Shown: positions 30,407-39,693 of the stretch, one piece after another
How positions within the stretch are numbered: position 1 is the first letter of the stretch
Layout: each line of letters begins with the position of its first letter
DNA from: an uncultured Eubacteriales bacterium
Lineage (GTDB): Bacteria > Bacillota > Clostridia > Monoglobales > UMGS1388
DNA length: 54,440 bases
Reading direction: 5' to 3'
Assembly (NCBI GenBank): GCA_900551345.1
Contig: URVP01000001.1
Location: 1-54,440, forward strand
Notes under the pieces: model-generated
What the model was told of the DNA's origin: nothing
Seen by the model: only the letters and a program-made list of their open reading frames with translations
Databases searched by the model: none
Made by a program: the position numbers and the translations under genes

Positions 30407-30416
30407 CATTGGCTTA

Positions 30417-31196
30417 TTATATGTTTTTCATTGCAAGGCGAAGGTTGTCAGCAATCATCGCAATAAATTCACTGTTTGTGGGTTTACCCCTGTTTACATT
30501 TATGGTGTATCCAAATATCCTATTAAGCGTTTCGCTGTCACCTCTGTCCCATGCTACCTCTATGGCATGACGGATAGCTCGTTCTACACGGCTGGGCAGG
30601 GTGTTGTCCATTTTTGCAATGAGTGGATATAGTTCTTTTGTAACTGCATTTATAATATTCCCGTTGTTTATTACAAGCATAATCGCTTTTCTGATATAGT
30701 TGTATCCCTTTATATTGGCCGGGATACCTATTTCCTGAATTATTGATGTTATTTCTTTTTCGAGATCAAATTCTTTGCTGCGATCCGGTTTTGTTTCTGA
30801 TACTGTGCTGTTTTTCGACATTTCCGTTATGAGATCCATATGTAACTCGATGTTTTCCAGACTGGTTTCTTTTGCTAAAACATAATCTGCCCCTTCACTC
30901 ATCCAAATAGCTGTGGATGTGTCTTTAGCAATAGCTGATAGCACCAGTATTTTTGGCTTTTTTACACTGTTGTCCATTCTTTTTAGACTTCGGAGTACAA
31001 ACATACCGTCTGCTTTCGGCATAACCATATCGAGTATAACGATATCCGGATTTTTGCTTGCTATCATTTCGACGCCGACTTGTCCATCATGGGCGAATCC
31101 TACCATTTCATATGTGTCACTGTGTGAAAAGTATTCTTTTGCCGCACCGCACAACTCGTAGGAATCGTCAATCATGACCGCTTTAAGTTTTTCCAT
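30417..31196 (-). CDS. spo0A: sporulation master regulator Spo0A
   Basis: 259 aa. Receiver domain (..ILDMVMPKADG) plus the Spo0A-specific C-terminal domain (..GIPANIKGYNYIRKAI.., ..SRVERAIRHAIEVAW). Confidence 0.95.
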   Translation of the reverse strand: MEKLKAVMIDDSYELCGAAKEYFSHSDTYEMVGFAHDGQVGVEMIASKNPDIVILDMVMPKADGMFVLRSLKRMDNSVKKPKILVLSAIAKDTSTAIWMSEGADYVLAKETSLENIELHMDLITEMSKNSTVSETKPDRSKEFDLEKEITSIIQEIGIPANIKGYNYIRKAIMLVINNGNIINAVTKELYPLIAKMDNTLPSRVERAIRHAIEVAWDRGDSETLNRIFGYTINVNRGKPTNSEFIAMIADNLRLAMKNI

Positions 31197-31260
31197 TTTT
31201 TGTTTTTTCCCCTTTCACTTAAAAAATGGTGTTGTTATATTTTTTGGGTTAACAGCAAAG

Positions 31261-31289
31261 ATTATAAAATGCAGTTTATATTATGTCAA
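31261..31289 (-). promoter_or_regulatory. consensus sigma-A promoter upstream of spo0A
   Basis: The minus strand reads TTGACA-17 nt-TATAAT. Confidence 0.65.
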
Positions 31290-31534
31290 TCAAGGTTTTT
31301 GCAGATTTTGCAATTTTTTGCATAAAATACTGTCGTATAAAGTCGAATGATGTAAGACAGAATATATTAAATTTATGTTTCATACCGTAAATGCGGCTTG
31401 TTTACTGACAAAAGGCTGATTTATTATACAAAATTAACTTTTGCATAATTATAAATGATGGTGTATGTTATACTATTTTAAATTAATATAAGGGTGTAAT
31501 AGTAAATAACTATTGCGGCAAAGGGGTGATTTTT

Positions 31535-32785
31535 ATGAAGTGCGAATTTGCAGCTATTATAACACTATGCATTGTGAGGTGCTGTAGGTTTGGCTTTAGG
31601 TATTTTCCCGTTATTGATGATTGGATACAGTATATTTCCTATCAGTCCGCACCGGATTTGTTTAACAGATGGTTTATAGGTGCCGGTTTGTATTATACAC
31701 GCCCTTTGGCAGCCCTTATGGATTTATATGTATGGGGAAAAATCGGAGTAACATGGTCATTTTTTATTATCACTCTTTTACACGGTGTAAGCTGCTGTTT
31801 GTTTTTGTATGTATTTCGCCAAAGAGGTATAAGAGCGGGGCTTGGCTTTACGGTGATTTATATGCTGCTTCCCATAAATACTGAAGGCACAATGTGGCTG
31901 TCAGCATCTACAAGAATCGTTTTTTCCCTCTTCCTTATTTCAGTTTCTTTATTATTTCTTGAAAAACATAAAATATTATTTTGGCTTTTTAATTTGATTT
32001 CTTTGTTTTTTTACGAACAAACAGCGATTTTATCATTGGCAATATCCCTATATTTCGCACATAGGGAGAGAGTAAAAATTATACCTTTAATAAACGGGCT
32101 GATTTTTGCATTGTATTATATGCTGTTTTCAGGCGCCGGCCCTTTCGGCGGCAGAAGCACAATTGTATTTCCAAATACGATGCGACTGTATAATTTTTTT
32201 GCGAATTTTGCAGAGGGCTTTTTTATTAAGCATGGTCAGCTTATTGTTAACGGTGCATTAAGAGGTTTTCAGATTTTTCGGGAAAACTATTTTTTATATG
32301 TTATTGCTGTTATATTGGGAATATGGGTTGTTTTGACAGCAAAGAGGGAAAATGGACGCGGCAGCATATTTTTGGGTATAGTACTGTTTACCCTTCCGCT
32401 TTTACCCTATTTATTTATTTCTCAACCTTTCTCCTTTCGTGCCTTTATGCCTTCGTTGGTGGGGCTTGGAATTATGACTGACGGTCTGTTAAAGTCGCAT
32501 AATATAAAAGCTGTGCTTTCAATGTTTGTTATACCCATATTTCTTGCTGTAGGGATAAGCGAACTAACAGATTATCGCAGTGTAAGCATTGCTGACAAAA
32601 AAATGGCAGAGGCCATTATATATGATGATGCAAAAAGTTTTAAGCGGGTTGAAAGTGCAGTAGAACTTAATGTTTTGTATATGCAGCATATAACCAATGT
32701 TTCCGAAAGCGATTGGGCAATGACGGGTTGTGTGCGTGCGTTAACAGAAAATCCTGATTACCCGATGCTGATTTGTGAAGAATAA
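31535..32785 (+). CDS. polytopic membrane protein, possibly a wall-polymer glycosyltransferase or polymerase
   Basis: About 416 aa with at least 10 hydrophobic segments. The ATG at 31535 is 8 nt after AAGGGG. Adjacent to a TagA-like gene. The function is an inference only. Confidence 0.65.
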   Translation: MKCEFAAIITLCIVRCCRFGFRYFPVIDDWIQYISYQSAPDLFNRWFIGAGLYYTRPLAALMDLYVWGKIGVTWSFFIITLLHGVSCCLFLYVFRQRGIRAGLGFTVIYMLLPINTEGTMWLSASTRIVFSLFLISVSLLFLEKHKILFWLFNLISLFFYEQTAILSLAISLYFAHRERVKIIPLINGLIFALYYMLFSGAGPFGGRSTIVFPNTMRLYNFFANFAEGFFIKHGQLIVNGALRGFQIFRENYFLYVIAVILGIWVVLTAKRENGRGSIFLGIVLFTLPLLPYLFISQPFSFRAFMPSLVGLGIMTDGLLKSHNIKAVLSMFVIPIFLAVGISELTDYRSVSIADKKMAEAIIYDDAKSFKRVESAVELNVLYMQHITNVSESDWAMTGCVRALTENPDYPMLICEE

Positions 32786-32867
32786 TTATATAAAACATTT
32801 GATTATGCGTGCGAATTGTGTTACAATATATATCAATGTTTATATGTGTACTAAAGAAGGTGATTTT

Positions 32868-33605
32868 TTGTCGGAAAAGGTAAATATACTTGGAGTTAAT
32901 GTAAACAGTTTGACAATGGATTCAGCGGTGAAAAAAGCCGAAGGACTTATACAAGAAGGAGGCTTTCACTGCGTGTTCACTCCAAATCCGGAAATAATAT
33001 GGAATGCCCGGAAAGATCCTGAATTAAAAGAAATTTTAAATAATGCTGATTTACTTCTTCCAGACGGAATAGGTGTAGTTATGGCATCTAAAATAAAAAA
33101 ACAACCCATGCCGGAAAGAGTAAGCGGATATGATTTTACCCGCAGACTGCTTGACTTACAGGGACATTCTTTCTTTTTGTTCGGTGCTAAACCCGGTGTT
33201 GCAGAAAGTGCGGCAGAAAAGCTGCGCAAGGAAAATCCTCAAATACAAATCGCCGGCACAAGAAACGGTTATTTTGACGATGAAAAGGACACCGACGATA
33301 TTATAAATCAAATAAACCAAAGCGGAGCAGATGTTCTTATCGTATGTTTGGGTGTACCCAAGCAGGAGCGGTGGATATACCGTAACAGAAAAAAGCTTAA
33401 ACCGGCTCTTTGCATAGGCGTGGGAGGAACACTGGATGTAATAGCCGGAGTTGCAAAGCGTGCTCCTGACATTTTTATAAAGCTTAATTTAGAATGGCTG
33501 TACAGAACGGTTAAGCAGCCTTCCAGGTTAAAAAGAAACTGGGTTTTGCCGGTGTTTATGTTGAATGTCCTGTTCTGTGACAGAAAAAGTAACGAAAGGA
33601 ATTGA
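32868..33605 (+). CDS. WecB/TagA/CpsF family glycosyltransferase
   Basis: ..ILGVNV.., ..FTPNPEI.., ..LLPDGIGVV.., ..G.PKQE.W. motifs. The start is uncertain: a TTG at 32868 after AAGAAGGTGA, or the ATG at 32844. Confidence 0.8.
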   Translation: MSEKVNILGVNVNSLTMDSAVKKAEGLIQEGGFHCVFTPNPEIIWNARKDPELKEILNNADLLLPDGIGVVMASKIKKQPMPERVSGYDFTRRLLDLQGHSFFLFGAKPGVAESAAEKLRKENPQIQIAGTRNGYFDDEKDTDDIINQINQSGADVLIVCLGVPKQERWIYRNRKKLKPALCIGVGGTLDVIAGVAKRAPDIFIKLNLEWLYRTVKQPSRLKRNWVLPVFMLNVLFCDRKSNERN

Positions 33606-33611
33606 TAACTA

Positions 33612-34316
33612 ATGAAGGTAACACTTCTTTCATATACTCCTGAGCCGGAAAGACTGGCTGCTGCTGCTGCTCGTCTTTGTTATTCAAATAAGACGATAGA
33701 TACTTTGTATGATGGCATGACAAATCCTGAAGACATGATAAAAATGCTTATAGATATGGGTCACGAAAGCCCTCTTGAGCATGCCTCATTTACTTTTGGA
33801 ATTGAAGGCGTGAGCCGATCCCTTCTTGCCCAGCTTACCAGGCACAGGATAGCCAGCTATTCGGTAAAATCTCAGCGGTATGTAGATGAGTCGAAATTGG
33901 AGGTTGTTGTTCCTCCTGCAATTGCTCAGAATCCTGAGGCAAAGGCTATGTTTGATGAAACAACCGAATATCTTCGACAAAAATATATAAGTTTAAGAGA
34001 TATACTTAAAGAAAAATACATATTAGAAGGCATGGAGCAGAAAGCGGCACAGAAAAAAGCCATTGAAGATGCACGGTTTGTCCTTCCCAATGCATGTGAA
34101 ACATCTTTAATTATGACGATGAATGTGCGTTCTCTTTTTAACTTTTTCTCTCTTCGCTGTTGCAATAGAGCACAGTGGGAAATTCGTGGGCTTGCTGATG
34201 AAATGCTTCGGCTGGTAAGAGAGGTCGCACCTTCACTTTTCAAAAATGCGGGAGCTCCCTGCGTTAGCGGCCCTTGCAATCAGGGAAAAATGTCCTGCGG
34301 AAAGCCGAGAAGATAA
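33612..34316 (+). CDS. thyX: FAD-dependent thymidylate synthase
   Basis: 234 aa with the ThyX signature RHRIASYSVKSQRY. Confidence 0.95.
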   Translation: MKVTLLSYTPEPERLAAAAARLCYSNKTIDTLYDGMTNPEDMIKMLIDMGHESPLEHASFTFGIEGVSRSLLAQLTRHRIASYSVKSQRYVDESKLEVVVPPAIAQNPEAKAMFDETTEYLRQKYISLRDILKEKYILEGMEQKAAQKKAIEDARFVLPNACETSLIMTMNVRSLFNFFSLRCCNRAQWEIRGLADEMLRLVREVAPSLFKNAGAPCVSGPCNQGKMSCGKPRR

Positions 34317-34340
34317 TATTTACATAACGAGGTTAATTAT

Positions 34341-35012
34341 ATGAAAGGCAAACTTATAGTTATGGAAGGCCTTGACGGCTGCGGAAAGCAGACTCAGACG
34401 GCGCTTCTTAAAGATAAACTCATACAAAAAGGCTATAAAGTCATTACTATAACATTTCCTGATTACAACAGTGATGCATCTATCCCTGTAAAAATGTATC
34501 TTAACGGGGAGTTTGGAGATAAAGCGGCTGAGGTAAATCCGTATATGGCATCAGCTTTTTATGCAGTTGACCGTATCGCATCATATAAGAAAAACTGGGA
34601 AAAAGAGCTGCGTGACGGAGCGGTTGTAATTGCGGACCGATACACTACTTCAAATATGCTGCACCAGGCAACCAAACTGGATGGTTCGGATAGGGAAGAG
34701 TATCTTGACTGGCTTGTGGATTTTGAATTTAACCGGCTTGGATTGCCTGTCCCTGACGGAGTGATATATTTGGATATGCCCCAGGAAGTTTCTCAAAAAC
34801 TGAGAAGCAGCCGTGAAAATAAGTTCGATGGCGGCGATATACACGAAAAAGATAGGGCTTATCTTGAAAAGTGCGCTGATGCTGCGCAGTCGCTTGCGGA
34901 AAAATACGGATGGAAGATCGTAAAATGCATCGATGGAGAAAGGCTTCGCACTATTGAAGAAATAAATAATGAAGTAGTTAACCTTGCGGAGGCATGGCTA
35001 TGGGAAAAATAA
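34341..35012 (+). CDS. tmk: thymidylate (dTMP) kinase family protein
   Basis: 223 aa. P-loop EGLDGCGKQTQ and a DRY motif (ADRYTTS). Confidence 0.88.
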   Translation: MKGKLIVMEGLDGCGKQTQTALLKDKLIQKGYKVITITFPDYNSDASIPVKMYLNGEFGDKAAEVNPYMASAFYAVDRIASYKKNWEKELRDGAVVIADRYTTSNMLHQATKLDGSDREEYLDWLVDFEFNRLGLPVPDGVIYLDMPQEVSQKLRSSRENKFDGGDIHEKDRAYLEKCADAAQSLAEKYGWKIVKCIDGERLRTIEEINNEVVNLAEAWLWEK

Positions 35013-36418
35013 TGATACAGGGTACCGGCAGCGGAGTTGGTAAAAGTGTAATCACTGCTGCACTGTGCCGTATTCTTAGTCAGGACGGGCGCCGTGTAGT
35101 ACCGTTTAAACCCGTGTCTGTCTCGGAAAGATCATGCTTTACTGCAGATAATTGTGAATTGGATGAAAAAATGAATATACTGGCAGCCTCTTGCAATAAG
35201 GATTTGGACATTCTTATGAACCCGGTATTTTTAAAGCCTGCTGCAAATGACAAACATCAGGTGCTTGTTATGGGAAAGGTGTTTGAAACAACATCCATTA
35301 TCCATCATCTTCGTGATGGATACAGTTTTATGGATTTGGCAAAGAATGCATTTTCCATTTTACTTTCCCAAAATCAAGATATTATAGTTTGCGGTTCGGG
35401 AGGCTGCGGAGATAATTATTTTGCAGAAAAAGAGCTAGGAAATATGACTTTTGCATCTGAAAACAAACTTCCTGTTTTGCTTGTTGCCGATTGCAGCCGC
35501 GGCGGTACAGTGGCTTCAATCTGTGGAACTTTGTATATGCTTGGCAGACAAAAAAAGCGTGTGCAGGGCGTGATTTTAAATAAGTGTTCCCAAGACAGAA
35601 AACTGGCAGAAGAAATGCAAAAACTTATACCGGTACCTGTTGTGGGCACAATTCCTTCATTCGATTTAAAGTTCAGTCTTGATGACTATTATGAAGAAAA
35701 AATCAGAATTGAAATTATCCGTTTCCCGTCTATGACCGGCAGCGGAGACTTTTTCCCTTTGGAAAATCGTGATGATACTGATGTTAGATACATTAAAACA
35801 TACGAGGAGAGCAATAATCCCGATTTGCTTATCATTCCCGATTGCAGAAGCTTTTCTGATGCAAAAATGTTCATAAGAGAAAAAGGGTTTGACATAATAA
35901 TAAGACAGATGGCAGTAGAGGGTAAATTAATTGCAGGAATAGGTAACGGTTATGCCGTTATGGGAAGCGGAACAGACGAGCTTAATATCCTTGACCTTAG
36001 AAATTCTGATATCCCTGAAAGATATATCCAAAGTTTTGAAGGAGTTTTCGGAGAAAATCCTTCTCCCTATTTTGAAGGGCTAAACAATATGGTTATTAAG
36101 GGTACTGAGTCCAGGAGCATCTATACTTCGGTTGGTTTTGCATCTCGTCCCGTGCTGGGAGAAACCGGTGCTTGCAGTGCAGCGGGGAATGTGTTTGGAA
36201 CAAGTGTTCACGGTCTTTTTGAAAATGATGCATTTTTGAGTGGACTTATGTCCAATATTAGAAATATAAAAGGTATGGGTTATGCAGATACTCCCCAGCA
36301 TAAGCGGGAAACCGCTCTTGATTCTCTTGCCGATTTGGTAAGAGAAAACTGTGATATGGAAAAAATATATAATATAGTGGGTGACCCTTATGAAATTAAA
36401 GTCGGTAACAGCAGATGA
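35000..36418 (+). CDS. CobQ/CbiP-like protein (cobyric acid synthase family) with a degenerate glutaminase site
   Basis: N-terminal GTGSGVGKS and ..NPVFLKP.. resemble CobQ. The C-terminal GATase-like half has GIGNGY where CobQ has G-x-C-G-G-Y. The ATG at 35000 is 7 nt after GGAGG. Confidence 0.75.
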   Translation: MGKIMIQGTGSGVGKSVITAALCRILSQDGRRVVPFKPVSVSERSCFTADNCELDEKMNILAASCNKDLDILMNPVFLKPAANDKHQVLVMGKVFETTSIIHHLRDGYSFMDLAKNAFSILLSQNQDIIVCGSGGCGDNYFAEKELGNMTFASENKLPVLLVADCSRGGTVASICGTLYMLGRQKKRVQGVILNKCSQDRKLAEEMQKLIPVPVVGTIPSFDLKFSLDDYYEEKIRIEIIRFPSMTGSGDFFPLENRDDTDVRYIKTYEESNNPDLLIIPDCRSFSDAKMFIREKGFDIIIRQMAVEGKLIAGIGNGYAVMGSGTDELNILDLRNSDIPERYIQSFEGVFGENPSPYFEGLNNMVIKGTESRSIYTSVGFASRPVLGETGACSAAGNVFGTSVHGLFENDAFLSGLMSNIRNIKGMGYADTPQHKRETALDSLADLVRENCDMEKIYNIVGDPYEIKVGNSR

Positions 36419-37253
36419 CGCACAGCTTATAAGGCGGTATCTTTCGTTTCGCCAGTGTGAGAGTTCCGAGATAAATTTTATGACATTTTATATTTGGAGA
36501 AAAGCGTTCGACATAAAATATGCAGAAACAGATGGCTGCCTGATAGTTCGCTTCAAAGACGAAAGCAGTCCTGAAAATTTCCGTTATCCCATAGGCGGCG
36601 GAGATGCTGAGGCGGCTGTCGGAAAAATAGAACAGTATTGTGAGGGTAAACCCGTTTTTTACGGAATTTCTGAAAATCAAGCAAAATTGTTGGAAAGACG
36701 GGGATATAAAACATCTTTGATGAAGGGTTATTCTGACTATGTATATTATACAGAGGATTTAATAAATCTATCGGGTAAAAAATATCACAGCAAAAAGAAT
36801 CATCTTAATACTTTTAAAAAAACTTATGATTATATGTATGAAGCTATGACTGCTCAAAATGCAATTCAATGCATAAAAGCATACGACCAATGGTATACCA
36901 ATGAACAAAATGATACCATGCTTGGTTATGAAAAGAACGCTATATCAGACATCCTTACTAATTTTGAAAAGTTGGATTTTAAAGGCGGTGTACTTTATGC
37001 AAACGGTGAAATATGCGCTTTTACTGTGAGCGAACAGCTTACCCAAGATATGGCGGTTATTCATATTGAAAAAGCTAATACTGATATAAGCGGCTCTTTC
37101 GCAGCTATTAATCAAATGCATCTGGAGAATACATGGAGCGGGTTAAAGTATGTAAATCGGGAAGAAGATTTAGGTCTTGAGGGCCTTCGCAAGGCAAAAA
37201 AATCTTATCGCCCTTGCAGAATGATAGATAAATACAAGGCGGTTAAAAGCTGA
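36390..37253 (+). CDS. DUF2156 (LPG synthase C-terminal-like, GNAT-fold) protein
   Basis: About 288 aa, recognised only by overall resemblance to the family. Overlaps the preceding gene by 29 nt. Confidence 0.55.
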   Translation: MKLKSVTADDAQLIRRYLSFRQCESSEINFMTFYIWRKAFDIKYAETDGCLIVRFKDESSPENFRYPIGGGDAEAAVGKIEQYCEGKPVFYGISENQAKLLERRGYKTSLMKGYSDYVYYTEDLINLSGKKYHSKKNHLNTFKKTYDYMYEAMTAQNAIQCIKAYDQWYTNEQNDTMLGYEKNAISDILTNFEKLDFKGGVLYANGEICAFTVSEQLTQDMAVIHIEKANTDISGSFAAINQMHLENTWSGLKYVNREEDLGLEGLRKAKKSYRPCRMIDKYKAVKS

Positions 37254-37254
37254 A

Positions 37255-37812
37255 ATGGAATCAGAGAAAAAAAGTCTGCGTATTAAATTCAGAAGTATCC
37301 GTAAAGGCATCACCTCCAAAGGTGAAAAGGATTGTGCCATATATAGAGCTTTAATTAATATGCCTATTTATAAAAATGCAGATAAAATAATGTTTTATAT
37401 CAGTTTGCCTGAAGAGCCGGACACAAAAATGATGATAGAACATGCTTTTGCCCATGGAAAGAGTGTGCTTGTGCCTAAAGTCATAAGCAGTACACAGATG
37501 AAGGCTTGCAAACTATCACAAGATGAAGCATTGAAAAAAGGCGGGTTAGGTGTATATGAGCCCGAGAAACCTTGTTTTGCAGACAGCGCAGACATAGATT
37601 TAATTGTCGTACCGGGCATGGCGTTTGATAAAAAAGGGGTAAGACTGGGTTTTGGAGGAGGTTATTACGACCGATTCCTTTCAGGGCTTTGCTGTGAGAC
37701 CGTGGGGCTTTGTTATGAAGACTGTTTTGCAGATAGTTTGATAAAAGATGATACAGATGTAACAGTTAAGTATATAATTACCGAAAAGGGGATTGTGTAT
37801 TGTGGAGGATAA
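37255..37812 (+). CDS. 5-formyltetrahydrofolate cyclo-ligase
   Basis: 185 aa. ..VPG.AFD..G.RLGFGGGYYDRFL motif. Confidence 0.85.
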   Translation: MESEKKSLRIKFRSIRKGITSKGEKDCAIYRALINMPIYKNADKIMFYISLPEEPDTKMMIEHAFAHGKSVLVPKVISSTQMKACKLSQDEALKKGGLGVYEPEKPCFADSADIDLIVVPGMAFDKKGVRLGFGGGYYDRFLSGLCCETVGLCYEDCFADSLIKDDTDVTVKYIITEKGIVYCGG

Positions 37813-38449
37813 CAATATAAATTATGAATATATTCTCCGGTATCTCAAAAGAACGCTTAAGCCGGATGAGGGACATATTGAACAGGTCAGACAAAGAGCT
37901 GTTGATATGAACCTACCCATAGCGAGAATTGAAACGGTACGGTTTCTGCAAACGCTCATTGCATCGTGCGGTGCAAAAAAACTGCTGGAAATCGGTACAG
38001 CCATAGGATATTCCGGGCTTTCCATGCTCCAGGCGGCAGGCGAAAACGGGATGCTTGTAACCGTAGAAAAATCTGCGAAACTTGCAGCTATTGCGCGCGA
38101 AAATTTTAACGGTATGAGTGTGTCGCTTATAGAAGGGGACGGAGTGAAAGTCCTTGACAGCCTTGACGGGGAGTTCGATTTTGCTTTTGTTGATGCTGCA
38201 AAGGGGCAGTACGGGGCAATGTTTGAAAATCTTATGCGAATCGTTAAGACCGGAGGGGTAATTGTCAGTGATAATGTACTATACAAGGGTATGACAGCCA
38301 CTGATGACCTTCGTGAGAGACGAGAAATAACAATTATAAAGAGAATGAGGGCATATCTTGATATGCTTTGCAGTGACGAGCGGCTTATAACTTCGATTAT
38401 ACCTATTGGCGATGGACTTGCGGTAAGCTATATAAAACGAAAGGACTGA
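37793..38449 (+). CDS. trmR: class I SAM-dependent O-methyltransferase (YrrM/TrmR-like)
   Basis: LEIGTAIGYS SAM motif and DFAFVDAAKGQY. Followed by a U32 peptidase gene, as in yrrM-yrrNO. Starts at a TTG at 37793 or a GTG at 37802. Confidence 0.78.
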   Translation: MCIVEDNNINYEYILRYLKRTLKPDEGHIEQVRQRAVDMNLPIARIETVRFLQTLIASCGAKKLLEIGTAIGYSGLSMLQAAGENGMLVTVEKSAKLAAIARENFNGMSVSLIEGDGVKVLDSLDGEFDFAFVDAAKGQYGAMFENLMRIVKTGGVIVSDNVLYKGMTATDDLRERREITIIKRMRAYLDMLCSDERLITSIIPIGDGLAVSYIKRKD

Positions 38450-38454
38450 AACAT

Positions 38455-39675
38455 ATGATAGAGCTTCTTGCTCCTGCGGGAGATTTGGAAAAAATGAAGG
38501 TCGCCATACAATACGGCGCAGATGCGGTATATATGGGCGGTGGTGTTTTTTCTCTTAGAAGTGCTGCGACGAATTTTGATGAAGAACAAATGAAGTATGG
38601 CATTGAATATGCCCATAATAAAGGGAAAAAGGTTTATATAACTGCAAATATCATCCCCAAAAATGACGATATGGAGGATTTGTACAAATACATACGCCTT
38701 ATTGATAGCTGCGGGGCCGATGCAGTTATCCTTTCAGATTTGGGTGCTTTTGCAGTGGCAAAGGAAGCGGCTCCTAATCTTCCTATTCATATAAGTACCC
38801 AGGCGAATAACTTAAATTATAAGTCCTGTGATATGTGGTACAAGATGGGAGCTTGCCGTGTAATTCTTGCAAGGGAGCTTTCTTTTGAAGAAATAAAAAC
38901 AATAAGAGATAAATGCCCGGACGATATGGAGATTGAAGTGTTTGTTCATGGCGCAATGTGCGTGTCCTATTCCGGCAGATGTCTTTTGTCAGATTATATG
39001 GCGTCACGCAGCGGTAACCGCGGGGATTGTGCACAGCCTTGCCGTTGGAATTACAGTTTAGTAGAAGAAAAACGACCGGGTCAATATATGCCGGTTTATG
39101 AAAATGAAAGAGGCACTTTTATATTTAATTCCAAAGACTTGTGCCTTCTGCCGTATATTCCGCAGCTTGTCCGGTCGGGCGTTACTTCTTTTAAAATAGA
39201 GGGAAGAGTTAAGTCAGAATACTATGTAGCGTCTGTTGTAAAAGCCTATCGAACCGAGCTGGACAGATATATGGAAAATCCTGATAAATATATCTTCGAT
39301 GAGCGCCAATACGACGAAGTAAGAAAGGTGAGCCACCGAAGCTACAGCACAGGATTTAACTTCGGAAAAAAAGGTGAACAGGTTTACGAAAGTTCTTCGT
39401 ATATTCGTGAATATATGCTGGTTGGAGTGGTTATTGACTATAACTCGGAAACACAAAGAGTTACAATAGAGCAGAGGAACAAAATTTTTGAAGGAGACGA
39501 AATAGAGGTACTTTGCTGGGACAATCCTGATAATATTGTCTTTAAAGCGGAAGATTTACAAAACGAAAGCGGAGAAAAGATTGACTCAACACCTCATTCT
39601 AAGATGGTTTATACAATGAAGTCTCCCGTTCCTCTGAGCAAGGGCTCTTTTGTCAGAAAAGCTACAGACGAATAG
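38455..39675 (+). CDS. peptidase U32 family protein (tRNA ho5U synthesis TrhP-like)
   Basis: 406 aa. ELLAPAG N-terminus and the U32 Cys-rich core (..GAMCVSYSGRCLLS..). Confidence 0.86.
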   Translation: MIELLAPAGDLEKMKVAIQYGADAVYMGGGVFSLRSAATNFDEEQMKYGIEYAHNKGKKVYITANIIPKNDDMEDLYKYIRLIDSCGADAVILSDLGAFAVAKEAAPNLPIHISTQANNLNYKSCDMWYKMGACRVILARELSFEEIKTIRDKCPDDMEIEVFVHGAMCVSYSGRCLLSDYMASRSGNRGDCAQPCRWNYSLVEEKRPGQYMPVYENERGTFIFNSKDLCLLPYIPQLVRSGVTSFKIEGRVKSEYYVASVVKAYRTELDRYMENPDKYIFDERQYDEVRKVSHRSYSTGFNFGKKGEQVYESSSYIREYMLVGVVIDYNSETQRVTIEQRNKIFEGDEIEVLCWDNPDNIVFKAEDLQNESGEKIDSTPHSKMVYTMKSPVPLSKGSFVRKATDE

Positions 39676-39693
39676 TATTTGGACGGTGATTAA

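Noticed and set aside
34088-34103. parS half-site CAATGCATGTGAAACA inside thyX, and TGTTTCACGCATTTCT at 40689-40704.
   Set aside because: Only one arm matches (12/16 or fewer), both lie within coding sequence, and there is no inverted partner arm.
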